From positions 1 to 28,386 of the forward strand of contig SDNP01000034.1 of NCBI GenBank assembly GCA_004524445.1: a stretch of 28,386 bases of DNA, written 5' to 3'. Below the pieces are notes generated by a model. The model had not been told where the DNA came from and searched no databases. It saw nothing but the letters and a program-made list of their open reading frames with translations. The position numbers were made by a program, and so were the translations under genes. This document shows, one piece after another, positions 8,471-16,939 of the stretch. The stretch comes from Candidatus Thorarchaeota archaeon (GTDB lineage Archaea; Asgardarchaeota; Thorarchaeia; Thorarchaeales; Thorarchaeaceae). Within the stretch, counting starts at the first letter, position 1. Each line of letters starts with the position of its first letter.

Positions 8471-10171
8471 ATGCCAAGGCGAGAACGTGGTATTTCAAAA
8501 AAGCTTGCTGCTTTTGGAGAAAAGCAATTTGAGGAAACTGGCGCCTCTCGGGTGGAAGTTCTGAGAGTAAAGGCATCAACAATACGGAAGCACTTTAAGA
8601 AATTGAGAGGAATCAGGTTTCTGGTTTCTGTGTTGTACTTGGATCGAGTGAGAGTGTACTTCTTCAGTGAGGATGGAGTTATGCTCATGGGGGACAACAT
8701 TGAGCCCGAACACTATGAAGATATCAGCAATAAATCAAGGCTACTGAGAAAATTTGAGAAACCAACTCCTCCAACGGAACTTGAAGTACGCATGGAACTT
8801 ACAGAGGAATTTCGGGAACTACTTAGCAAGTCCATAAAAAGGGTTGCACGTTACCTAAACGAAAGCGCACCAGAGTTTCCGGATATTTATCTAACATCAG
8901 AGAATATCGAAAGCTCAGGACAGAGTTTTGGAACCAGTATCGATGAAGACGGTTCCTATCTTTTGGACCAGAACATATCAAAATCAGCTTTAGCTGAGGG
9001 CATCGCATTAAGAATATCCTTTCTGAGCCACCTAGACCCGCAGAAGGCTAAGTCGAGCTTCATTCAGACTCTTTCCAACTCAATTGCTTATGCTCTTCTG
9101 AATGAGAATGCAAAAGAGCAATGGCGGCAAAGGTGGTTGAAAGAGTCAAAAGAAACAAGCGAAGCGAAGTTCGTGGGGCATTTCATCCGCCATATTCCTG
9201 TCTATAAAGATGAGGGCTTTTCGAGAATTCTAACCATCTTGAAATCCTCGCCAGTGGATACGCTTCATACCCATTGGGAAGACATACTCATTTTGATCCA
9301 TGATACCCTGCAGGTTTCCTTGGGTACAGGCGCGTCCCACACCATATCCATGTTCTGCGATGAGCTTGATAATGCATGCCAGATTCTTCAGAAGAAGCAT
9401 GTTTCACCTGAGATCCATTTGGCTCCAAGAGCTATTTGCAACCCTATACCCCTCGGTTATGAAATATGTATTAGCTGGAACATGAAGCCGGTATCCAATC
9501 AGGCGCCTTGGTTTGATTTGCTCATCGCTGAAGGCAGCGAGAAGAAACGTCTGACCGCAACCCGGGGAGGTGCAAATCCAATTGAGGAATATCAATATTA
9601 CCTCAATTTGTCGGATGCATTTCCCAAAACAACGGGTCTGGGTCCCCATGGAAGAGATATCATCTCTTGGGCTCTGGAAAAGCTGGGGCTATCTAGCACT
9701 AGAGAAGAAACATTTGCGGCTTCACTGTCTTTTCGCGACATAACTGCAAGTCCTACAGAGCTCGCCGTTCTTGAACGCCTTTCAACTGGTGATCTGGAAA
9801 TACTGGCGAATTCTCTAGTTGGCTCTCGTTCCAGAATTACCTCGTTAATACATAGCGGGGGACTAATTATGATACCAGACTTCAACCATATCGGTCTGAA
9901 ACCCAATCTACTTATCCAAGGAAAGGATGAAACCGTTTTTGAAGCAGTAAGAAAGCACGCTTTGGAAATGACTGTATTCAAAACATCAAGTGATTCATTC
10001 TCGGTTATTTCTGCTCCTTCAGAATGGCGTTCCATGCTACTTCTTGCTCTTTCTGAATACGATTGCTCTATCTACCCAATTCTAAAACATAGTTCTGCTA
10101 AGAGGTGGCTCCGTGATGAGAACCTTTTTCCCCACCTTGGCGAAATTGATGCATGGAATCCCAGTAACTAA
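8471..10171 (+). CDS. Hypothetical multidomain protein, possibly with a degenerate C-terminal Lrp/AsnC-like wHTH+RAM module
   Basis: Long ORF (the track starts at 8438, but ATG 8471 MPRRERG is more likely). The C-terminal ELAVLERL...LANSL...LIHSGGLIMIPDFNHIGL pattern resembles the Lrp HTH-linker. The domain call is weak. Confidence 0.75.
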   Translation: MPRRERGISKKLAAFGEKQFEETGASRVEVLRVKASTIRKHFKKLRGIRFLVSVLYLDRVRVYFFSEDGVMLMGDNIEPEHYEDISNKSRLLRKFEKPTPPTELEVRMELTEEFRELLSKSIKRVARYLNESAPEFPDIYLTSENIESSGQSFGTSIDEDGSYLLDQNISKSALAEGIALRISFLSHLDPQKAKSSFIQTLSNSIAYALLNENAKEQWRQRWLKESKETSEAKFVGHFIRHIPVYKDEGFSRILTILKSSPVDTLHTHWEDILILIHDTLQVSLGTGASHTISMFCDELDNACQILQKKHVSPEIHLAPRAICNPIPLGYEICISWNMKPVSNQAPWFDLLIAEGSEKKRLTATRGGANPIEEYQYYLNLSDAFPKTTGLGPHGRDIISWALEKLGLSSTREETFAASLSFRDITASPTELAVLERLSTGDLEILANSLVGSRSRITSLIHSGGLIMIPDFNHIGLKPNLLIQGKDETVFEAVRKHALEMTVFKTSSDSFSVISAPSEWRSMLLLALSEYDCSIYPILKHSSAKRWLRDENLFPHLGEIDAWNPSN

Positions 10172-11832
10172 GAAAGGATTTCGACAACTGTGCCAATAGC
10201 CCTAGTATTGGCTTCTCTCAATACAATCTTTTCTCCAAGCTCAATAGCTTCGTATCCTCTAAGAAATTGAAGTCTAACTCTGGCGAAATCTCCAACCGAC
10301 AGGAATTCGTTATCATATATTTCCGATAGCATGACGGTGGTCTGGATAGTATTGCATTGGAGGACGGGCATATATCCCGTCGTTATTCTGGTTGGATGCC
10401 TCGTTACGACGATATTCGCCTCAAACTCTTTGCAGGATTTCAAATTATCAATAGGATCTGCAACAACTTGTCCTCTTCTAATAGCGTGCTTCTCAACATC
10501 CTTTATATCAAATCCAAACAAGTCCCCCGCTCGTACATTGGCTACACGTTTCTGGAACATCTCAATGCTGAATAGCCTACCTTTACGGAACTTTCCATTC
10601 TGATCGGGACCTATGGCTACACTCTGTCCTTGTTTGAACACGCCAGCTCTTACTGTTCCTGTTACGACCACATTGGTTCCTCTGATGCCTCTATAGACCT
10701 TGTCAACATAAGCTCTTGCTGGCAATGACAAATCATGAGACTTTGCTTTTGCCGAAAGCTTTGAAAGAAGCTCGATCAATAGCTCCAGTGAATCAATTTC
10801 AGTTGCTGCCACCTCAAGTATGGGAACTATGACACCGTATTCAATCTCTCGTATAACCGGTCTAATCTCATTCCTATCTCTCAGCACAACTGGTATTTTT
10901 CCTATATCTTTCAGTGTCTTCTTCACCAATTCAATGACCAGTGCTTTGTCAGACTCCTTGGCCTTATCTGGCTTAGAAATGATGACCATGAATGGAGCAT
11001 CCTGATTTGACATCAGAATAAGATGTTCTCGGGTTATGTCGTCAAGCCTTTGGATACCAGTACGTTCCTCTTCTGTTTGAATCAGAGATGCTTCTTCCGG
11101 CGCGGGAACGAGAACGAGACCATACTGCGCATCTGCGCCAAGAATGCTGCGAATCATCGTTTTGCTATATTCCTTGTGACCTGGTGCATCGAAAAAAGCA
11201 ACAATATTCGTTGACTCATCCAAGACGCGAGCAGACTCCTCTTTGTTCAACGGATTTTGGAGATGCAGCGATTGACCCTCTTGATTGAATCCCATGAATG
11301 ACATATGAAGGTCGGCTGTCTGACCTCGTGTAATTTCTTGAGGATGCTTAAGCAAAAAAGATCTTGCCTTTCCGCTTCCGTTATCAGGGGTTCCCGTAAC
11401 GAGTGCCCCAATTAAGGTAGACTTTCCGGAATTGACTCTACCAGCCACATTCACTGAGCAAGTTTCCTTGACTTCTGGTGCAGCCAATCTCTTGAGCAGA
11501 TAGACCCCAACAAGTCCCTTCTCCGTTTCAATTCGTTCCTCTTCAACAATTTCTACATCCGCATCTTGACATATCTTAGTTAGAATATCTTCAGATGTTT
11601 CTAGACCCTGTTCTGTAAGACCGAAGACTTTCCACTCCCGGCCATTGATGTCCTCGATGCCTACAAGAAATGTGCCTTCGAAAGGAGCCTCGCAAGTCAT
11701 ATATCTGATCCGCGTAACGAGTTTTTCTCTCCTCTTTTTTCGAAGATCTGAAGTATCTAGCTTTCTCTTAAATTCTGTATTCCGATTCTCGCCATTCACC
11801 AGAATCTCAGATATGTCCTGTACTGATGTCAT
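10168..11832 (-). CDS. GTPBP1/aGPBP family translational GTPase with an N-terminal AlbA_2/Schlafen-like domain
   Basis: N-terminal GENRNTEFK...FLVGIED. G1 AGRVNSGKST followed by GALVTGTPDNGSGKARSFL, G2 RGQT, G3 DAPGH, G4 SKPD. EF-Tu-like domains II and III follow (HPTRITTGYMPV, LREANTRAIG). Confidence 0.9.
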   Translation of the reverse strand: MTSVQDISEILVNGENRNTEFKRKLDTSDLRKKRREKLVTRIRYMTCEAPFEGTFLVGIEDINGREWKVFGLTEQGLETSEDILTKICQDADVEIVEEERIETEKGLVGVYLLKRLAAPEVKETCSVNVAGRVNSGKSTLIGALVTGTPDNGSGKARSFLLKHPQEITRGQTADLHMSFMGFNQEGQSLHLQNPLNKEESARVLDESTNIVAFFDAPGHKEYSKTMIRSILGADAQYGLVLVPAPEEASLIQTEEERTGIQRLDDITREHLILMSNQDAPFMVIISKPDKAKESDKALVIELVKKTLKDIGKIPVVLRDRNEIRPVIREIEYGVIVPILEVAATEIDSLELLIELLSKLSAKAKSHDLSLPARAYVDKVYRGIRGTNVVVTGTVRAGVFKQGQSVAIGPDQNGKFRKGRLFSIEMFQKRVANVRAGDLFGFDIKDVEKHAIRRGQVVADPIDNLKSCKEFEANIVVTRHPTRITTGYMPVLQCNTIQTTVMLSEIYDNEFLSVGDFARVRLQFLRGYEAIELGEKIVLREANTRAIGTVVEILS

Positions 11833-11907
11833 TACTGAAATACCTTGTATGAAATCTCAAGATAACGTTTTGATATAAGCTCTATGTGACTTCTAAGACC
11901 TGAGATG

Positions 11908-13920
11908 TCAGAGGAATATCTCATGAGCAAGACTACGTCCCTTTTCGTACTCAGCCCTTGAAACACCATCAGTTTCTTTTGGTGGAAACATCTCGTCAAA
12001 TCTGTTGGAGAATTCACGAAGAAGATACCTGAGATCAAATGATTCCTCATCTGCAATCAATGCCACTGTTCGGGTTTCTGTATGTTCCATCAGCAGTGTA
12101 AATCCTTCATGGCCTATAGACCTCAGAAGTCCCTTCGTACCCATCATTTCGCTCGTGAAAGACATTATTGCAGAAATAAATCCACTGACAATAGAGCTAT
12201 CCACCTGAAGCTCTACGTCAAAGTAATGAACAAATTGTGGAATCCCTGAACCTCTGTCCAATGCTATCAATGCACGGATTGTTGGCTTGGGTACATCTTT
12301 CATCTGAGCTGCAGGCTTGAATCCTGAAACCCTGTCCATCAGGTTGGACACTCCGACTTCTCTAGCCGAATCTCTCTCAATTCTCCCTTCTAGTAGATCC
12401 ATTCGATGTTGCGCTTGTTGAGCAAGTCGTGAGTCCTCAACATAGTTTGCCAGACTCAGAGCTCGGTCAATATCACCCTTGGCTTCTAGCTTCTTATTGG
12501 CAAATCGGAATACGTCACTTCTAAGAAGCAGCACTTCTGCATAGAGAGTTTTCAATCCCTGCTCCTTTGCAATTTGAATCAAATCATCCAAATGGTATGC
12601 TGCACTAGCGAGGAATTCATCGTCATCTTCCTGTTCGTATGCTTTCATGTATGTTCTAGCCAGTTCCAGTTCCGCTTTCACAAGAATCTCGAAAGCAGCA
12701 TTATCTCGTCCTATTTTGAGTGCCTTTTCAAAGCTCGAAACAGCTTCTTGCCAATTGCTCCTTGAAGCATTGAATACCCCGTCTGCATGATAGTAGGCTC
12801 CAATTTGAAGAGGCTTGTCAGAGGATTCAGCAATTCTTGATGCTTCTTTCAGATATTCCAAAGCTTCATCGTGTCTGCCCGTCAAAGAAAGAAGAATTGC
12901 ATTCAAACTGAAAACCTCAATCATCCCCTGTTTTGTTTTCTTCTCAATGCGCATACCCTCTTCGAGGTACTCCTCCGCCTTATCGTACATTCCCATAATG
13001 GTGCATAGTTCCGCAAGATTTGCAAGCGGCGCCAGTTTTGTTGCATCAGTTTCCATATGTTCATAGGCCATCTCAAAATACTCCACGGCCTCCTCTATTC
13101 GAAGTGAGTGGGTATGAAGTGTTCCCAGATTATTGTATGCAATTCCAAGACCCAATTCAAATGAGAGGTCTTGGCTTATTTCCTTCACTCTCAGATAATG
13201 CTCTTCAGCAGCATCAAAATCTCCTTTGAGATTGCAGATATTCCCCCTGAGGTTTTCTGTTAGGGCGATGAACATTCGATTGTCTTTCCTCTCCGCCATA
13301 TCTTCTAGAGTGTCACATATCCGGGAGGCGCGATTGGCTTCTCCAATTTCCCTCAACAAAGAACCTACCACGTAGAGAGCGAACATGGTTTCAGTTAACG
13401 GATCCTCTACCTGTTGGGGATATGTTTCGAGAAGATTATCAAATTCCATCACGCACATGGTTACGCTTGTATCTCTTTCGGCAGCTGCTTGGAGCACTCT
13501 AACACTGGATAGACGTATCTTGTCAGAGGGCTCTGACTCCTCACTTACTATTTTCTCTAACTTGCTGAGGATCCTTCCCAAACCTTCAACATCTGAAAGA
13601 ACAAAGTAAATAATTGCACTAAGGCTCAACACCTCCGGGTATCTTGACTCAGTTGAAATAAACAGACCCTCCGCTAGCCTACCTCTTGTTAGGCATGCTT
13701 TCATCCCCAGCGATAACATGTTAGGGTTAGGATTTCTTTTCATGCTCTCCTTAGATGCAATCTCAATTACAACGTCAGTAAATGCGGAAACATTGGGTTC
13801 CCCTTTCGACCTTCTACCATCATAGCCCTTGAGTATTTTTTCCCAGGGAATGCCGCTCCGATCTTTCATATCAGTGAATTCTGGAGGTATTGCTGCCGAA
13901 GTCAATCTATCCTCTCTCAT
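11908..13920 (-). CDS. TPR-repeat protein with a C-terminal longin-like domain
   Basis: TPR motifs (NLRGNICNLKGDFDAAEEHY, AYNNLGTLH, LANLAELCTIMGMYDKAEEYL). The last ~125 aa read IALDRGSGIP...DSSIVSGFISAIMSFTSEM...SIGHEGFTLL...LREFSNRFDEMF, a longin-type pattern common in Asgard archaea. Confidence 0.85.
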   Translation of the reverse strand: MREDRLTSAAIPPEFTDMKDRSGIPWEKILKGYDGRRSKGEPNVSAFTDVVIEIASKESMKRNPNPNMLSLGMKACLTRGRLAEGLFISTESRYPEVLSLSAIIYFVLSDVEGLGRILSKLEKIVSEESEPSDKIRLSSVRVLQAAAERDTSVTMCVMEFDNLLETYPQQVEDPLTETMFALYVVGSLLREIGEANRASRICDTLEDMAERKDNRMFIALTENLRGNICNLKGDFDAAEEHYLRVKEISQDLSFELGLGIAYNNLGTLHTHSLRIEEAVEYFEMAYEHMETDATKLAPLANLAELCTIMGMYDKAEEYLEEGMRIEKKTKQGMIEVFSLNAILLSLTGRHDEALEYLKEASRIAESSDKPLQIGAYYHADGVFNASRSNWQEAVSSFEKALKIGRDNAAFEILVKAELELARTYMKAYEQEDDDEFLASAAYHLDDLIQIAKEQGLKTLYAEVLLLRSDVFRFANKKLEAKGDIDRALSLANYVEDSRLAQQAQHRMDLLEGRIERDSAREVGVSNLMDRVSGFKPAAQMKDVPKPTIRALIALDRGSGIPQFVHYFDVELQVDSSIVSGFISAIMSFTSEMMGTKGLLRSIGHEGFTLLMEHTETRTVALIADEESFDLRYLLREFSNRFDEMFPPKETDGVSRAEYEKGRSLAHEIFL

Positions 13921-14074
13921 CAGATTTCATTTCTGCAAATGATGGATGCCTTATGCAATAGTTCACTTATGAGGCTATGCTGTTTCTTTTCCATGAAAAG
14001 GCGTAAACTGTAACGCTATTAAAGGAATGAATGCTTGCGTGATTAAGAACTCCACCACATTGTAGAGCTAACTG

Positions 14075-15472
14075 GTGATATTATTGTTTGATAAATTCGA
14101 AAAGGCAATCGAAGTTGGAAGAGATTTGGGTGCAACCTATGTTGAGCTTAGAGGTGAGAACGGATTCATCGAATATATTCAGATGGAAGACGGACGAATC
14201 AACGCATTGACTCAGAGACTCGAGCGAGGGGTTGGAGTACGAGTACTGGCTAACGGAGCTTGGGGATTCGTTACTACAGGACAATTGGATCAATTGCCTG
14301 ATGCCGTACGCAATGCTTACTCCATGTCGAAAGCTGCAGGTGCAACAAGGAGAGAGCCAATAGAACTTGCAGATGTTAAGGTGCACGAGGACACCATCAA
14401 GTCTAGAGCAAAACGAGATCCAAGGCATGTGCCGATAGAGGAGAAGATTGAGTACATGTCTGATATGACGAAGGAAATCCGCGATTTTGATGAGAGAATC
14501 ACGGCTGTGACGGTGAAAGTTAGAACCGCATCTGGAACAAAGTATCTCATGACATCAGACGGTACCAAGATACAATCACCTATTCTACTTGTTTGGTCAT
14601 TACCATGGGTCACCGGAAAGGAAGGCACACAATTGAGTGCCGCGAGATACGAAGATGCTTCAACTCATGAAGGATGGGAGTATATGGAGAAGGTTGCTAC
14701 TCCTAGAGTAATAGGACAGGCTGCAGCAAAGAGAGTAAGATTGCAGCTCGAAGGAGTAAAAGCCAAAGCTGGTTCTTTTCCTTGTGTCTTGGGCCCCCGG
14801 GTTATCGGAGTTCTAGCCCACGAAGCCCTGGGACATTTATCGGAAGCGGACCTAACAGTTCAGAGTGCTTTCAATGGCAAACTGGGGGAGGTTGTTGCGG
14901 CTGAAGGCGTAAACATGACTGATGATGGAACACAACCAGGTAATGTAGGAACTGCAAGATATGATGACGAAGGCGTTCCCACCAGCAAGGTGGAAATCAT
15001 CAAAGATTCAGTATTGACAGGTTTACTCACTAACAGGGAATATGCTGCAAAGGACAACTTGCCACCAACTGGAAATGCCAGAGCTCAAAACTACCTTTAT
15101 CCGCCCATAATCAGAATGAGAAACACCATGTTTGAGAGGGGTGACTATAATCCTTCTGAGATTTTTGAGGGAATTGACTTCGGATATTATTGCGCAGATT
15201 TCCGAGGTGGAGAAGCTCAGATGAATGCTAGCTTTCAGGTTGGTGTTCAGGAGGCATATGAAATTGTCAATGGCGAAATCGGGAAACCTGTAAAGGATCT
15301 CTCGATATCGGGGATTGCTACTGACTCATTGTTCAAGATAGAAGGAATTGCAGATGAGGATTTCCCATTCGAGTACGGTCGATGTGGAAAAGGACAAGAG
15401 GCATTCACAGCCGCTGGCGGTCCGAGAATCCGATTCAGCAAGGGTGGTATTACATTTGGAGGAAAGAACTAG
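14075..15472 (+). CDS. tldD: TldD metalloprotease subunit
   Basis: GVGVRVLANGAWGF, HEALGHLSEAD (HExxxH), YDDEGVP, TGNARA, PIIRMRNT and C-terminal GRCGKGQ. Confidence 0.93.
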   Translation: MILLFDKFEKAIEVGRDLGATYVELRGENGFIEYIQMEDGRINALTQRLERGVGVRVLANGAWGFVTTGQLDQLPDAVRNAYSMSKAAGATRREPIELADVKVHEDTIKSRAKRDPRHVPIEEKIEYMSDMTKEIRDFDERITAVTVKVRTASGTKYLMTSDGTKIQSPILLVWSLPWVTGKEGTQLSAARYEDASTHEGWEYMEKVATPRVIGQAAAKRVRLQLEGVKAKAGSFPCVLGPRVIGVLAHEALGHLSEADLTVQSAFNGKLGEVVAAEGVNMTDDGTQPGNVGTARYDDEGVPTSKVEIIKDSVLTGLLTNREYAAKDNLPPTGNARAQNYLYPPIIRMRNTMFERGDYNPSEIFEGIDFGYYCADFRGGEAQMNASFQVGVQEAYEIVNGEIGKPVKDLSISGIATDSLFKIEGIADEDFPFEYGRCGKGQEAFTAAGGPRIRFSKGGITFGGKN

Positions 15473-15478
15473 GAGGCC

Positions 15479-16843
15479 ATGAGCATGAAATCAGAAAAAG
15501 AACTACTTGACCTATGCAAATACATTGTTGGGGGCGCAATCAAATCTGGGGCAAATGATGCAGAAGCCCTTGTTGTAAATATGGCAGAAATTGAATCAGA
15601 GGTTGAAATGGCTCAAGTGAGCTCTGTGAACGAAAAGAAGGCAACAGAGATTGCCATTAGACTCTATATTGGGAAGAAGATGGGTAGTGCCTTTCTCAAT
15701 ATCGCGACCGAGGAAGCAGCTGATGAAGCTGTAGAGCTCGCCATTGCAGCAGCCAATGCCACAACACCAGATGAGGATTATCAAGGCCTACCGGCATCTG
15801 CTGAGTATCCAAAAATCAAGGACCTTTGGTCTTCGGATGTCAGGGATGCGAAACCAGAAAGCATAGTAAATATGCTAGCTGATGCTGTAGCGAAGAGTGC
15901 TAGTGCTGAAGAGGGTCTTATACCAGCTTATGGCGGAACAGGGGCGATTGCCATGATTAGAGCTTATGCAAACAGCAATGACGTCGAACACTCGGAACGG
16001 CTGGCCGTATCATACTGTTCAATTGGGGCAATTGCTAGAACGGAAAAGGGTGTGACCCCCATGACGTTCTCTTTCGATATCGCACGAAATATGGATGTTG
16101 ATGTAAACAGGATTGTGGATGAAGTTTCTTCTGAAATACGCATTCTTAAGAACTCAGCAGAGGGGAAGACCGGCAGCCACACCGTGGTAATGCATCCTCG
16201 CGCCTACGGTCAGATCTTTCAATACACGCTGGTTGAAGCAATAAGAGGGGACAATGTTGCCCGAGGAAAATCCAAAATTGGCGATAAGATTGGAGAAACC
16301 ATAGCTGTTGACTTCTTGACACTAACAGATGATGGAACTGATATCCGTGGATTGAGCGCTTCTGAAGCAGATGACGAAGGCGTTCCCCGACAAAGAACTC
16401 CAATCATTGCAGATGGGGTTCTCAAATCATTTATCTGGGATACCTACTGGGCTAACAAGATGGGTGTTAAGAGTACAGGCAATGCCAGCAGAAATATGCG
16501 GCAGGGGCTGGTTGAAATATCCCCTTCAAACATAATTGTAGAACCCGGCGAGAGAGATATTGATGATATCATCTCTGAAATAGATCATGGATATCTCATT
16601 ACTGGAGTGCAGGGGGCACATAGCTCAAATCCTGAGTCCGGCGATTTCAGCGTTGTAGGCAATCCTGCAATATTGATTGAAAATGGAGAACTCATGGGCG
16701 CCGTTCATGGATTGATGGTATCGGGTAATGTTTTTGACCTCCTAAAACAGGTGAAGGAGATTGCAAGGGAGCCCCACTTACTTCAATCACTTATTGCCCC
16801 GGAGATTGTTTTCAAAGATGTCGATATCGTGGCAAAGGAGTAG
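15479..16843 (+). CDS. pmbA: PmbA/TldE non-catalytic partner subunit
   Basis: DDEGVP, STGNASR, GAHSSNPESGDFS and MVSGNVFDLL, with no HExxxH. It starts 6 nt after tldD behind a GGAGG RBS. Confidence 0.92.
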   Translation: MSMKSEKELLDLCKYIVGGAIKSGANDAEALVVNMAEIESEVEMAQVSSVNEKKATEIAIRLYIGKKMGSAFLNIATEEAADEAVELAIAAANATTPDEDYQGLPASAEYPKIKDLWSSDVRDAKPESIVNMLADAVAKSASAEEGLIPAYGGTGAIAMIRAYANSNDVEHSERLAVSYCSIGAIARTEKGVTPMTFSFDIARNMDVDVNRIVDEVSSEIRILKNSAEGKTGSHTVVMHPRAYGQIFQYTLVEAIRGDNVARGKSKIGDKIGETIAVDFLTLTDDGTDIRGLSASEADDEGVPRQRTPIIADGVLKSFIWDTYWANKMGVKSTGNASRNMRQGLVEISPSNIIVEPGERDIDDIISEIDHGYLITGVQGAHSSNPESGDFSVVGNPAILIENGELMGAVHGLMVSGNVFDLLKQVKEIAREPHLLQSLIAPEIVFKDVDIVAKE

Positions 16844-16939
16844 ACCCTTTGTCACCCCACATTTCTCTATTCCTGCAGGAAAAAGAATATCAGCCCTAGA
16901 ATTAGCATTGAACAAGTTCGAATCCCGAGTTGATAGAAG

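Noticed and set aside
11480-11832. Schlafen/AlbA_2 domain as an anti-phage defence system
   Set aside because: This N-terminal domain is a normal part of GTPBP1-family GTPases, and there is no defence-island context.
13986-14000. Inverted repeat cttttc-cat-gaaaag in the divergent TPR/tldD promoter region
   Set aside because: 6-bp AT-rich arms are expected by chance and no second copy was seen.
6697-16843. RiPP-like cluster (TldD/E, prenyltransferase-like gene, small peptide)
   Set aside because: No YcaO, radical SAM enzyme, transporter or precursor-like peptide is present. The genes are dispersed and TldD/E is common in archaea.
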